Shown in pieces: positions 12,695 through 21,513 of a stretch of 49,672 nucleotides of DNA. The DNA comes from an uncultured Chloroflexia bacterium (GTDB taxonomy: Bacteria > Chloroflexota > Limnocylindria > Limnocylindrales > CSP1-4). Every line of letters starts with the position of its first letter. The stretch's first letter is position 1. The translations under genes and the position numbers were made by a program. The notes under the pieces are model-generated. The model ran no database searches. It saw nothing but the letters and a program-made list of their open reading frames with translations, and was not told the DNA's origin. The stretch is taken from assembly GCA_963749705.1 (NCBI GenBank), contig CAVVNQ010000019.1:1-49672 (forward strand), given 5' to 3'.

Positions 12695-13414
12695 ATGGCA
12701 CGCCCGGACCGTCCCGACACCGCACCCGCCCGCCGCCGTAGCGAGGCAACCGGCCCGTCGGCGGACGCCGTCCTGCCGCCCGGCATCGTGCCCGACGGGA
12801 CGACGGAGCTGGGCATCGACATCATCAAGGTCCAGCGGATCCGCGAAACGCTGGCCCGGTTCGGCGACCGCTTCTCACGCCGGGTGCTGACGCCGGCAGA
12901 GCGTCGCTACGTGCGCGACCGGCCCGAGACGTTCGCCGGTCGATGGGCGGCCAAGGAGGCCGTGTCCAAGGTCCTCGGGCTGGGCGTGCGCGGGATCGGC
13001 TGGCGCGATATCGAGGTCGAGCGGCTGCCCACGGGCCAGCCGGCCGTCAGGCTCCACGGACGGGCGGCGGAGCGCGCCGTCCAGCTGGGCATGGGCCGGA
13101 TCGCGCTGTCGATCACGCACGAGGCCGAGTACGCGGTGGCGATCGCGTTCGGGGTCCGGACGGCCGGCGGACGCTACGTCTTCCCGCTCGACATCGACGA
13201 GCGCATCGACGACCGGGAGCGGCGCCTGCTCGCGAGGTTCGAGCGCATGCGGGAGCTCGACCGGGCGACCCGGGAGCTCGGCACGGACCGGGACCCGGCG
13301 GGCGGCGACGGGGCCGGCGACGACGGAGCCGGCGCCGATGGAGCCGGCGCTGTGGGGGACGGGGCGGGCCGGCCACGCTCGGCACCCGGCGACGGCGACG
13401 GAGCGCCCCGATGA
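12695..13414 (+). CDS. acpS: Holo-[acyl-carrier-protein] synthase with N- and C-terminal extensions
   Basis: LGIDII, FAGRWAAKEAVSK, LSITHE. Confidence 0.9.
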   Translation: MARPDRPDTAPARRRSEATGPSADAVLPPGIVPDGTTELGIDIIKVQRIRETLARFGDRFSRRVLTPAERRYVRDRPETFAGRWAAKEAVSKVLGLGVRGIGWRDIEVERLPTGQPAVRLHGRAAERAVQLGMGRIALSITHEAEYAVAIAFGVRTAGGRYVFPLDIDERIDDRERRLLARFERMRELDRATRELGTDRDPAGGDGAGDDGAGADGAGAVGDGAGRPRSAPGDGDGAPR

Positions 13415-14622
13415 CGGATCGACGGCCGCTGGGCTTCGGACGCCACCCCGACGAGGCGTCGTCGGTGACGGGCGCCGCGATCCCGGCGGGCTCCACGCTG
13501 CTCGACGACGACGCGATGGCGGGCCTGATCCCGGATCGCGCGGCGCGCGGCCACAAGGGCACGTTCGGCAAGCTGCTGGTCGTCGCCGGCTCGCTCGACT
13601 ACGCGGGCGCGGCGCTCCTCGTCTGTCGAGCGGCCGGGCGCGCCGGTGCGGGGCTGGTCACGCTGGCGGTCCCGGAGTCGCTCCAGCCGCTGTTCGCCGC
13701 CAAGGTCGTCGAGGCGACCACGATGGCGCTGCCCGAGGACGACGTCGAGGAGGTGGACCCGGAGCCGGCGTTCGCCAAGATCCTCGATCACGACCACGAT
13801 GCGCTGGTCATCGGGCCGGGGCTGCGACCGGCGCTCGCGATGGCCGACCTGCTGCGGCTGCTGCTCACCCTCCCCGGCGAGCCCTCCGGTGCGCCGGTCG
13901 TGCTCGACGCGGAGGCGCTGCGGACGCTCGCTGCCGCCGATGGCTGGTGGACGTCGGTGACCCGTCCATGCGTGCTGACGCCGCACGCCGGCGAGTTCGC
14001 CCGGTTGCGCGCCGGCTCGGGCCGTGATCCGGCCGACGACGGTGACCTCGGGGCCGACGACGAGGCGCGGGTCAGGGCCGCAACGGCCGCCGCCGCGGAC
14101 TGGCGCCAGGTCGTCGTGCTCAAGGGCGCGAAGACCGTCGTGGCCGGCCCCGACGGACAGGTCTCGGTCGCCCCGTTCGAGAACCCGGCCATGGCCTCGG
14201 GCGGGACCGGCGACGTGCTCGCCGGCACGATCGGGGCGCTGCTCGCGCAGGGCCTGCCCCCGTACGATGCCGCCCGCCTCGGCGTGTACCTCCACGGGCT
14301 GGCGGGCGAGGCGATCCGCGATCGGATCGGAGACGCCGGGCTGCTGGCCGGCGACCTGCCCGACGCGCTGCCGCTCGTCCGCAAGCGCCTGGCCCGGATC
14401 GCGGAGCGGCAGCGCTCGGGCCGGCGGCTCGGGTTCGGGTTCGCCGCCCGCGACACGGCGGGGGATCGCGCCGGGGGCGACGACGCTCCGGATCGCGCGG
14501 CGACGGGCGACGACGGCGGACCCGACCATGCGACGGGCGACGACGGCGGACCCGACCAGGCAACCGGCGACGACGCCGGTACCGGCTCGCCCGACGCCGC
14601 TCCCGGCGGAGCGGCAGGCTGA
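13411..14622 (+). CDS. nnrD: ADP-dependent NAD(P)H-hydrate dehydratase (stand-alone, no epimerase domain)
   Basis: ATG 13411 overlapping acpS stop; HKGTFGKLLVVAGS..YAGA, IGPGL, VLDAEAL, LTPHAGEF, LKGAKT, SGGTGDVLAG. Confidence 0.92.
   Translation: MTDRRPLGFGRHPDEASSVTGAAIPAGSTLLDDDAMAGLIPDRAARGHKGTFGKLLVVAGSLDYAGAALLVCRAAGRAGAGLVTLAVPESLQPLFAAKVVEATTMALPEDDVEEVDPEPAFAKILDHDHDALVIGPGLRPALAMADLLRLLLTLPGEPSGAPVVLDAEALRTLAAADGWWTSVTRPCVLTPHAGEFARLRAGSGRDPADDGDLGADDEARVRAATAAAADWRQVVVLKGAKTVVAGPDGQVSVAPFENPAMASGGTGDVLAGTIGALLAQGLPPYDAARLGVYLHGLAGEAIRDRIGDAGLLAGDLPDALPLVRKRLARIAERQRSGRRLGFGFAARDTAGDRAGGDDAPDRAATGDDGGPDHATGDDGGPDQATGDDAGTGSPDAAPGGAAG
14500..14577 (+). repeat. 30-bp in-frame tandem repeat (~2.6 copies) in nnrD tail
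   Basis: gcgacgggcgacgacggcggacccgacca(t/g) repeated, encodes ATGDDGGPD(H/Q). Confidence 0.85.
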
Positions 14623-15923
14623 GCGCGTCGTCCGGGCGCCCGGCACCCGGGACCCGGCCGTCCCCGCCGACGGAGCCGATCGAGGCGCGCCTCGTGCGCG
14701 CCGGCCTGCCGCCCCTGCCCCGGCTCGCCTGGCTCGAGATCGACCTCGACGCGCTGCGCGGAAACCTGGCGCTCGTGCGCGGGATCGTCGGCCCGGACGT
14801 CCGGGTGGAGCCGGTCGTCAAGGCCGACGCCTACGGGCACGGTGCGGTCGACGTTGCCCGCGCGCTCGAGGACGCCGGCGCCGACGGCTTCTCGGTCGCC
14901 ACGCTCGACGAGGCGCTCGAGCTCCGCGAGGGCGGCGTGACCGCGCCCGTCCTCGTGCTGTACCCGATCCCTGCCGAGCTCGTCGGCGATGCCGCGCGCC
15001 ACGGCATCGCGGTGAGCGTCGGCGACGGGATCCCGCTCGATCGGCTGCTCGACGCCGCAGCCGCGGCCGCATCGGCCCCCACGGACGCGCCCAGGCTCGA
15101 GCTCCACCTCGAGATCGAGACCGGGCTCGGTCGCGGCGGCGCGCTGCCCGATGCCGTCGAGGGGATCGTGGACCGGCTCCGGGCCGCGCCGGGCATCCGG
15201 CTGGCCGGGCTGTGGACGCACCTCGCCGCCGCGGACGACGCAGCGAACGCCCTCGCGCAGGATGCCGCCTTCGACCGGGCGGTCACCCGGATCGGCGACG
15301 CGGTGTCCTGGGGACCCGAGGCGACGCGCCGCCACATCTCGGGCAGCGGCGGCGTGCTCGGTGCGGGCGTGCGCCGCTGGGAGTCGGTCCGCGCCGGCCT
15401 CGCGGTGTACGGGCTGGTGCCCGATGCGATGACCCCGCCCGCGGCCACGGCGGCGGCCGCCGACGCGCTCCGCCCCGCGATGTCGCTCCACGCCCGTCCG
15501 GTGCGCGTCGCGGACCTGCCCGCGGGTCACGGGGTCAGCTACGGACCGACGTTCACGACCACGCGCCGTTCGCGGATCGCGACGCTCCCGCTGGGCTACG
15601 GCGACGGATGGCGGCGCGTGCTGTCCGACCGCGCCTCGGCCCTCGTCCGCGGCGTGCGCGTGCCACTGATCGGCCGGGTCTCGATGGACGCCGTCATGGC
15701 CGACGTCACCGACGTCCCCGGCCCGCCGGTGACCGAGGCCGACGAGGTCGTGCTGCTGGGCGCCCAGCACGGGACCGAGATCACGGCGTTCGAGCTCGCC
15801 TCGCTGGCCGGAACGATCAGCTACGAGGTCGTCACCGGCATGGCTCGGCGCCTGCCCCGGGTGTACCATGCCGCCGGTTCACCCGTGGGGATCCGGACGC
15901 TCGCGGGCGGGAGGTCCGAGTGA
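14619..15923 (+). CDS. alr: Alanine racemase (probable CTG start at 14619; ORF track starts at GTG 14694)
   Basis: WLEIDLDALRGNL, PLP lysine VVKADAYGHG, ETGLGRGG, VSYG, LGYGDG, GRVSMD, GTISYEVV. Confidence 0.93.
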   Translation: MSASSGRPAPGTRPSPPTEPIEARLVRAGLPPLPRLAWLEIDLDALRGNLALVRGIVGPDVRVEPVVKADAYGHGAVDVARALEDAGADGFSVATLDEALELREGGVTAPVLVLYPIPAELVGDAARHGIAVSVGDGIPLDRLLDAAAAAASAPTDAPRLELHLEIETGLGRGGALPDAVEGIVDRLRAAPGIRLAGLWTHLAAADDAANALAQDAAFDRAVTRIGDAVSWGPEATRRHISGSGGVLGAGVRRWESVRAGLAVYGLVPDAMTPPAATAAAADALRPAMSLHARPVRVADLPAGHGVSYGPTFTTTRRSRIATLPLGYGDGWRRVLSDRASALVRGVRVPLIGRVSMDAVMADVTDVPGPPVTEADEVVLLGAQHGTEITAFELASLAGTISYEVVTGMARRLPRVYHAAGSPVGIRTLAGGRSE

Positions 15924-16579
15924 CGCGCATCGAGCTCTGGAATGGGGACATCTGCGACCTCGAGGTCGACGCGATCGTGAGCCCCGCCACCACGTCCCTG
16001 TGGATGTCGTCGGGCACGGCCGGCGAGATCAAGCGGGCCGGTGGCGACGAGATCGAGTTCGCCGCGGTCCGACAGGGCCCGGTCGCCGTCGGCGAGGCCG
16101 TGGTCACCCCGGCCGGACGGCTCGCCGCGAAGGTCGTCATCCACGCCGTCTCGATCGAACGGGATCGCAGGACGAGCGCCGTGGCCATCGACCGCGCCGC
16201 GCGGAGCGCCATCGCGCGCGTCCGCGAGCTCGGCCTGGCCAGCGTGGCGATCCCGGCGCTCGGGACCGGCGTGGGCGGCTTCCCGCTGCCGGAGGCGGCA
16301 CGCCTGGCGGTCGACGCCGTCCACGATGAGCTCCTGACGCCGTCATCCATCGAGCACGTCGTGTTCGCGCTCCGCGGGGCGGCCGCCTACCAGGCGTTTG
16401 CCGATGCGCTGTCCGCGACCAGGACCGGATCGTCCGGACCGTCGAGCGACACCACCAGGTGGCAGGCGGTCGGGCCCGGACCGGCCGTCGACGGCCCGGC
16501 CGACGACCAGGCGCGGGACCCGGTCGCGGCCCCGGTGCCTCGCGCTGCGGAGCCCGCGATGCCCGAGGACGGGTCGTGA
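15920..16579 (+). CDS. Macro domain (Appr-1-p processing family) protein, degenerate active-site motif
   Basis: GTGA overlap with alr; GDICDLEVDAIV, GEAVVTPAGRLAAKVVIHAV, AIPALGTGVGGFP. Confidence 0.88.
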   Translation: MTRIELWNGDICDLEVDAIVSPATTSLWMSSGTAGEIKRAGGDEIEFAAVRQGPVAVGEAVVTPAGRLAAKVVIHAVSIERDRRTSAVAIDRAARSAIARVRELGLASVAIPALGTGVGGFPLPEAARLAVDAVHDELLTPSSIEHVVFALRGAAAYQAFADALSATRTGSSGPSSDTTRWQAVGPGPAVDGPADDQARDPVAAPVPRAAEPAMPEDGS

Positions 16580-16866
16580 GCTTTCCGGCCGAGCCGCTCG
16601 ACGAACGGCGCGATGCGCTGGTCGAGACGGTCGCCCGCGAGATCCGGCTGCGCGGCCTGACCGGCCCGGCCGTGCACTTCCTCGAGGCGAGCCGTCCGTA
16701 CCGACCGCTGGGCGCGCCGGCGATGCTGTTCTTCGATCCGGTGCTCCGCGAGCTGTTCGGTGGCGAGACGCCCTCCGCCAGCGAGCTGCTCGAGGACGAC
16801 CTGGGCATCGAGGCCCTGATCGACCGTCTCGAGGAGCTGGACGAGGCCGACGGCTGGGACGCCTGA
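16576..16866 (+). CDS. Small conserved hypothetical helical protein (96 aa)
   Basis: GTGA overlap; GLTGPAVHFLEASRPYRPLG...LLEDDLGIEALIDRLEE; normal GC3 codon bias. Confidence 0.75.
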   Translation: MSFPAEPLDERRDALVETVAREIRLRGLTGPAVHFLEASRPYRPLGAPAMLFFDPVLRELFGGETPSASELLEDDLGIEALIDRLEELDEADGWDA

Positions 16867-16907
16867 CCGCGACGGTGCCGGCGGCCCTCGGCCGATGGCC
16901 GCGCCGC

Positions 16908-16916
16908 TGGTAGGAT
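16908..16916 (+). promoter_or_regulatory. Extended -10 promoter, probable leaderless transcript
   Basis: TGgTAGGAT 7 nt before GTG 16924. Confidence 0.55.
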
Positions 16917-16923
16917 CGAGCGG

Positions 16924-18534
16924 GTGAGCAGCGAACCGCCGGCATTCGTCACCATCGACCACGGCACCGCGACGGTCGCGGCGGCGCTGGTCGGTCGCGT
17001 TGACGCCCGGTGGCGCCTGCTCGGCGCGACGGCCGCACCCGCGAGCGTGGGGGCCGATCCGCTCGTCGCACGCCTCCGGTCGCGGCTCGAGGCATCGGAT
17101 CCGGCGCTGGCCCGGGCCTGCGGGCTGGCCGGCTACCCGCGTGACGGCGACCTGCCGAGGGTCGAGACCCGGACCTCGCCCCCGCCCGTGATGGTCGTCC
17201 TGGGAGCGACGATCCGCGCCGTCGGGCCGCTGGCCGCCGCCGCGTCGACCGCCGGCTGGCGCGTGCGCTCGATGGCGATCGAGGGGGCGGACATCCTCGA
17301 GGTGGCCACGGCAATTGCGGACCCTTCGGTGGCGGCGGTGCTCGCCGGTTGCTCGGACCCGCCGGGCGGCGACGAGCGGCCCCTCGTCGCGGCGCTCGCG
17401 GCCCTGGTCGCGGCGGCGACCCAGCGTCGTCCGGACCTGACGCTCATCCTCGCCGGGCCGGTCGGCGAGCCGGGCAGCGGGGCGGATGCCGTCACGCCGT
17501 CGGAGCGTTCCGGCGCCACGATCCTTGCCCCCGCGCCCGCCCTCGCGGACGGCGCCCGGCTGCGGGCCCTGCTCGACGGCGTTCGCGGCGACGAGCCGGA
17601 CGGCCACCGGGCGCTGGCGCGATCGGTGGTGACCCTCGCCGACGTCCTGCAGCGACGCGTCGAGGTCGTCGAGATCGGCCACTCGGCCGGCGCCCGCGTG
17701 TCGGCGACGTGGTCGCCCGACGGCGTCGTCGGCCCGGCCGAATCCTCGTTCGTGCCGGCCGCCGCGCTGGTGCCCTGGGGTGAGGACGACTCGATCGTGG
17801 ACGAGGTCGGCGGCTGGCTCGCCGTGCCGATCGACCGCCTCCGGCTCCGTGACCGGCTTCGCGACCTCGCCGTCGTCCCGTGGGGCGACGCGGCCGGCGA
17901 CGGCGCCCAGCTGCGCATGGCGGCCGCGCGCGCCGCGGTCGCCCGCCTCGTCGCCGCGACGCCCGCACACGACGAGCTTCCGACGCCGGACCTGGTCGTC
18001 GCCGCCGGCGGCGTGTGGTCGGTGGCGCCGGGTCCGGCGGTCGCGCTGGCGCTCGCCGACGTCCTGCGGCGCCCGGGCGCCCGGGCGCTTGGCCTCGATC
18101 ACGCACGGCTCCTGGGACCACTGGGCATGATCGAGGACCCGGTCGAGCGGCGGCAGGTGATGGCCGACCTCCGCGACGAGCTGCTCGTGCCGCTGGGCAC
18201 CGTGCTGATGCCGGCGGGCCTGCGGTCCGGCCGGTCGATCGGCCGTCTGGGCGTGCGCGGAGAAGGCGCGCCCATCGAGCTCGACCTCGTGCCCGGCGGG
18301 ATCGAGCTGGTGGACCTGCCGCCCGGTGGGCAGGCCGTGCTCGATGCGACATTCCGGGAGACCGTGGATCTCGGTCACCGCACCCGCCGGGTCGCGCTCG
18401 AGGTCGCCGGCGGCCTGGGCGGCCTGCTCGTCGACCTGCGCGACATCCCGCTCCGACTGCCGGACCGGGTCGAGCGCCGCCGGGAGCTGATGCTCGCCTG
18501 GCAGGCCGCTCTGTGGGCGGGTCTCGAGGGATGA
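16924..18534 (+). CDS. GlmL/MutL-like (glutamate mutase reactivase-like) ASKHA-fold protein, divergent
   Basis: N-terminal FVTIDHGTATV resembles D-x-G-S-T-x-T phosphate motif; second VVEIGHS; C-terminal GGLGGLLVDLRDIPLRLP typical of this family (recognised from memory). Confidence 0.6.
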   Translation: MSSEPPAFVTIDHGTATVAAALVGRVDARWRLLGATAAPASVGADPLVARLRSRLEASDPALARACGLAGYPRDGDLPRVETRTSPPPVMVVLGATIRAVGPLAAAASTAGWRVRSMAIEGADILEVATAIADPSVAAVLAGCSDPPGGDERPLVAALAALVAAATQRRPDLTLILAGPVGEPGSGADAVTPSERSGATILAPAPALADGARLRALLDGVRGDEPDGHRALARSVVTLADVLQRRVEVVEIGHSAGARVSATWSPDGVVGPAESSFVPAAALVPWGEDDSIVDEVGGWLAVPIDRLRLRDRLRDLAVVPWGDAAGDGAQLRMAAARAAVARLVAATPAHDELPTPDLVVAAGGVWSVAPGPAVALALADVLRRPGARALGLDHARLLGPLGMIEDPVERRQVMADLRDELLVPLGTVLMPAGLRSGRSIGRLGVRGEGAPIELDLVPGGIELVDLPPGGQAVLDATFRETVDLGHRTRRVALEVAGGLGGLLVDLRDIPLRLPDRVERRRELMLAWQAALWAGLEG

Positions 18535-19556
18535 CGACGACGGTCCGGCTCGACGAGGTGCCCTCGCGCCCGTTCCTCGAGGTCGGGATCGAGACGCATC
18601 TGCCGCTGCCGCCGGGCGATCGTCCGCTGGTCGAGATGGGGGCGGAGATCTCGCCCGGCGACCCGCTCGTCGAGCACCTGCGTGACCCGCGCGTCGACGA
18701 GGTCTCGATCAATCCCTCCGCCGAACGCACCCCGCCGGTCGCGGGCAGCCGGTGGTCGCCCCAGCTGGCGATCCGGCGCCGCCGTCGCGGTCGTGCCGAT
18801 CTCGACGCGGAGCTGCTGGCCGCGCTCGCGCCGCAGCGAGATCGCTGGCGCGTGGTCACGGGCGATCACCGCGACGTCGTCGCGTCACCGGTCGGCGGGC
18901 GGGTGTCCGTGATCCGGCCCGGGGCGGAGGTGCGGATCGCGGTCGCGGGCCGGGCGCTGCGCGCCGCGTTTGCCGCCGGCTCGCCCGCCCGCGGACGCCT
19001 CGCGCTGGCGACCGATCCGTTCGGCGAGCTGCGACCCGGCGGGATCGATGTCGGGCGGGCCGGCAGCATCCTCGTGGTCGGGTCCCGGATCGATGCCGAG
19101 GCGCTCACCCGTGCGCGGGCCATGGGCGTTCGCGGGATCGTCGTGGGATCGCTGCCGGGCAAGGAGCTGCGCGACTTCATGGCCTCCGAGCGCCGCCAGC
19201 ACGCGGCGCTCCACCCGATGCCGCCGTTCGGGGTGCTCGTGCTGGGCGGTGCCGCGCGCCGTCCGATCCCGAGCCCGATGCTGGGGCTGTTCGACCGCCT
19301 CGCCGGCCTGGAGGTCTCGATCCTGGTCGACCCGCCGACGCTGGTGTTCGACCACCCCGACGTCGAGCCGCCGCCGATCGAGCCGGACTGGGTCTGGATC
19401 CGCAGCGGTCCCAACGCCGGCGCCGAGGGTCGCGTGGTGTCCATCGCCGGACGGCAGCGGTTCGCGGCCAACGTCACCCTCGACAGCGCGTGCGTCTCGA
19501 TCGACGGCGATCCCGCGATCGAGGTCGCCCTCGGGGATCTCGAGCGCTTCGCCTGA
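18531..19556 (+). CDS. Conserved hypothetical partner of GlmL-like protein
   Basis: ATGA overlap; ISPGDPL and SPVGGRV barrel-sandwich-like motifs, ARAMGVRGIVVGS, KOW-like C-terminus IRSGPNAGAEGRV. Confidence 0.7.
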   Translation: MTTTVRLDEVPSRPFLEVGIETHLPLPPGDRPLVEMGAEISPGDPLVEHLRDPRVDEVSINPSAERTPPVAGSRWSPQLAIRRRRRGRADLDAELLAALAPQRDRWRVVTGDHRDVVASPVGGRVSVIRPGAEVRIAVAGRALRAAFAAGSPARGRLALATDPFGELRPGGIDVGRAGSILVVGSRIDAEALTRARAMGVRGIVVGSLPGKELRDFMASERRQHAALHPMPPFGVLVLGGAARRPIPSPMLGLFDRLAGLEVSILVDPPTLVFDHPDVEPPPIEPDWVWIRSGPNAGAEGRVVSIAGRQRFAANVTLDSACVSIDGDPAIEVALGDLERFA

Positions 19557-19624
19557 GCCGGACCGAGCCTGCGGCGCGGGGTCGCGGCCGGCCCCGGGCA
19601 GCCGCGCCGGGCCACCGCTTCGGC

Positions 19625-19630
19625 TACCCT
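19625..19630 (+). promoter_or_regulatory. -10 hexamer, probable leaderless tsaE operon transcript
   Basis: TACCCT 7 nt before ATG 19638, no SD. Confidence 0.5.
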
Positions 19631-19637
19631 CGGACCG

Positions 19638-20111
19638 ATGTCAGCTGCCACCGGCTTCGAGCGAACCCTCGTGACCCGCGATGCGATCGCGACCCGCGCG
19701 CTTGCCGCGAACCTCGCGACCGTGGCGCGGCCGGGTGACCTGGTCTGCCTGGTGGGCGACCTCGGCGCGGGCAAGACGCAGTTCGCCAAGGGGTTTGCCG
19801 TCGGGCTGGGGATCACGGACACCGTGAGCTCGCCCACGTTCGTGCTGATGACCGAGTACGCGGGCAGGCTGCCGTTGTTCCATCTCGATCTCTACCGCCT
19901 CGACGATGCGGCCGATGCGCTCGCCGGCGGGCTGATCGACGAGCGCCAGCTCGCCGGCGTCGTGCTCGTCGAATGGGCCGAGCGGCTCGGTGCCGCGCTG
20001 CCCTCCGGCCGCCTCGACGTCCACCTCGACGGCACGGGCGACGACCCGCGGCGGATCACGCTGCGCGCGATCGAGCCCGACTACCGGCGATACCTGGAGG
20101 CCGCCGCGTGA
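19638..20111 (+). CDS. tsaE: tRNA threonylcarbamoyladenosine biosynthesis ATPase TsaE
   Basis: GDLGAGKT, VSSPTFVL, HLDLYRL, VEWAE. Confidence 0.96.
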   Translation: MSAATGFERTLVTRDAIATRALAANLATVARPGDLVCLVGDLGAGKTQFAKGFAVGLGITDTVSSPTFVLMTEYAGRLPLFHLDLYRLDDAADALAGGLIDERQLAGVVLVEWAERLGAALPSGRLDVHLDGTGDDPRRITLRAIEPDYRRYLEAAA

Positions 20112-20815
20112 CGACCGGCGGTCCGCTGCTCCTCGTCGACACGGCGACCACGAACGCGGTGATCGCGCTCGGGTCGCCCGACGGGACGCCGATCGACACG
20201 CGGACCTGGATCGCGGGCTACCGCCACGGGGAGGAGCTGCTGGCGCATGTCGAGGCCCTGCTGGGCGATCGCGCCGTCGCCCCGGCCGGCCTGGGCGGGA
20301 TCGTGGTCGGCACGGGACCCGGTGCGTTCACCGGGCTGCGCGTCGGCCTGGCCACGGTCAAGGCGCTGGCCCACGCACTCGGCCTGCCGGTCGCCGGCGT
20401 GGCCACCGGGCGGTCGCTGATCGATGCGGCGGCCCGCGCGGCCGGCATCCCGCCGACCGCGATCGTGCTGATCCAGCCGGCCGGGCTGTCCGATCGGGTG
20501 CTGTCGCGCTGGGCCGAGCCGCCGCGGATCCTGCCCGGCGGCACGGACCCGGATGTCGGTCCCGGTGAGCAGCTGGTCGCGGTCGATCTCGCCGGACGCG
20601 CGCCGGCCGATGCGATCGGGCACGGCGATGCGGCGATGGCGGGTCTTGCCGCGGCGCTGCTCGACGCCGGCGCTCGCAGGCTGGCGACGGGCGACGGCGA
20701 CGACCTCGCGCGCCTCGTCCCCGAGTACGTCACGCTCCCGCGCGGGGTCAGCTCCGGCCCGCCCGAAGGCGGCGTGGCGCTGACCGGCGGGGCGGGCGAG
20801 GTGCGACCGGCATGA
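20108..20815 (+). CDS. tsaB: tRNA threonylcarbamoyladenosine biosynthesis protein TsaB
   Basis: GTG 20108; LLVDTAT, HGEELL, GTGPGAFTGLRVGLATVKAL, LVPEY. Confidence 0.92.
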   Translation: MTTGGPLLLVDTATTNAVIALGSPDGTPIDTRTWIAGYRHGEELLAHVEALLGDRAVAPAGLGGIVVGTGPGAFTGLRVGLATVKALAHALGLPVAGVATGRSLIDAAARAAGIPPTAIVLIQPAGLSDRVLSRWAEPPRILPGGTDPDVGPGEQLVAVDLAGRAPADAIGHGDAAMAGLAAALLDAGARRLATGDGDDLARLVPEYVTLPRGVSSGPPEGGVALTGGAGEVRPA

Positions 20816-21513
20816 GCGACGCCCCGATCCTGCTGATCCGGCCGATGGGGATCCCGGACCTGCCGATGGTCCATCAGATCGAGCGGGCCAGCTTCACCAC
20901 ACCGTGGCCGCCGCAGGCGTACCGCCAGGAGCTCGAGACCAACCGGCTCGCGCACTACCTCGTCGCCCAGCTGGGTGACGAGATCGTCGCGTACGCCGGC
21001 ATCTGGCTGATGGTCGACGAGGCGCACGTCACGACCTTCGCCGTGCATCCCCGCCACCGCCGGCGCCGGATCGGCGAGCGGCTGCTGCTCGCGCTGCTCG
21101 ACCTGGCCCGAGACCGGCATGCCCGCGAGGCCACGCTCGAGGTCCGCCTGTCGAACCTGGCGGCGCGACGGCTGTACGAGAAGTACGGCTTCCGTCCGGT
21201 CGGGATCCGGCCCCGCTACTACAGCGACAACCAGGAAGACGCCCTGATCATGACGACGGAGCCCCTTGCGGAGCCCGCGATGCGTGACCGGGTCGAACGC
21301 CTCCGCGCCGCCATCGATGCCTCGCCGCCGCTCGACGTGGCCGCGATGACCGGCGGGCAGGAGGCATCCGCGGCAGGATCCGGCGCGTCCGCCGACGCAG
21401 GACCCGGTGAGCGACCCGGCGGCCGCGCGCCCGGGAGCCTGACGCGCGGCGGCGATATGCCCGGCGCGCAGCCCGTCCCGCAGGCCGGGATGCCGGGCGG
21501 GGGCGGAACGTGA
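20812..21513 (+). CDS. rimI: Ribosomal-protein-alanine N-acetyltransferase with low-complexity tail
   Basis: IERASFTTPW, DEAHVTTFAVHP, LEVRLSNLAARRLYEKYGF...RPRYYSDNQEDALIM. Confidence 0.92.
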   Translation: MSDAPILLIRPMGIPDLPMVHQIERASFTTPWPPQAYRQELETNRLAHYLVAQLGDEIVAYAGIWLMVDEAHVTTFAVHPRHRRRRIGERLLLALLDLARDRHAREATLEVRLSNLAARRLYEKYGFRPVGIRPRYYSDNQEDALIMTTEPLAEPAMRDRVERLRAAIDASPPLDVAAMTGGQEASAAGSGASADAGPGERPGGRAPGSLTRGGDMPGAQPVPQAGMPGGGGT

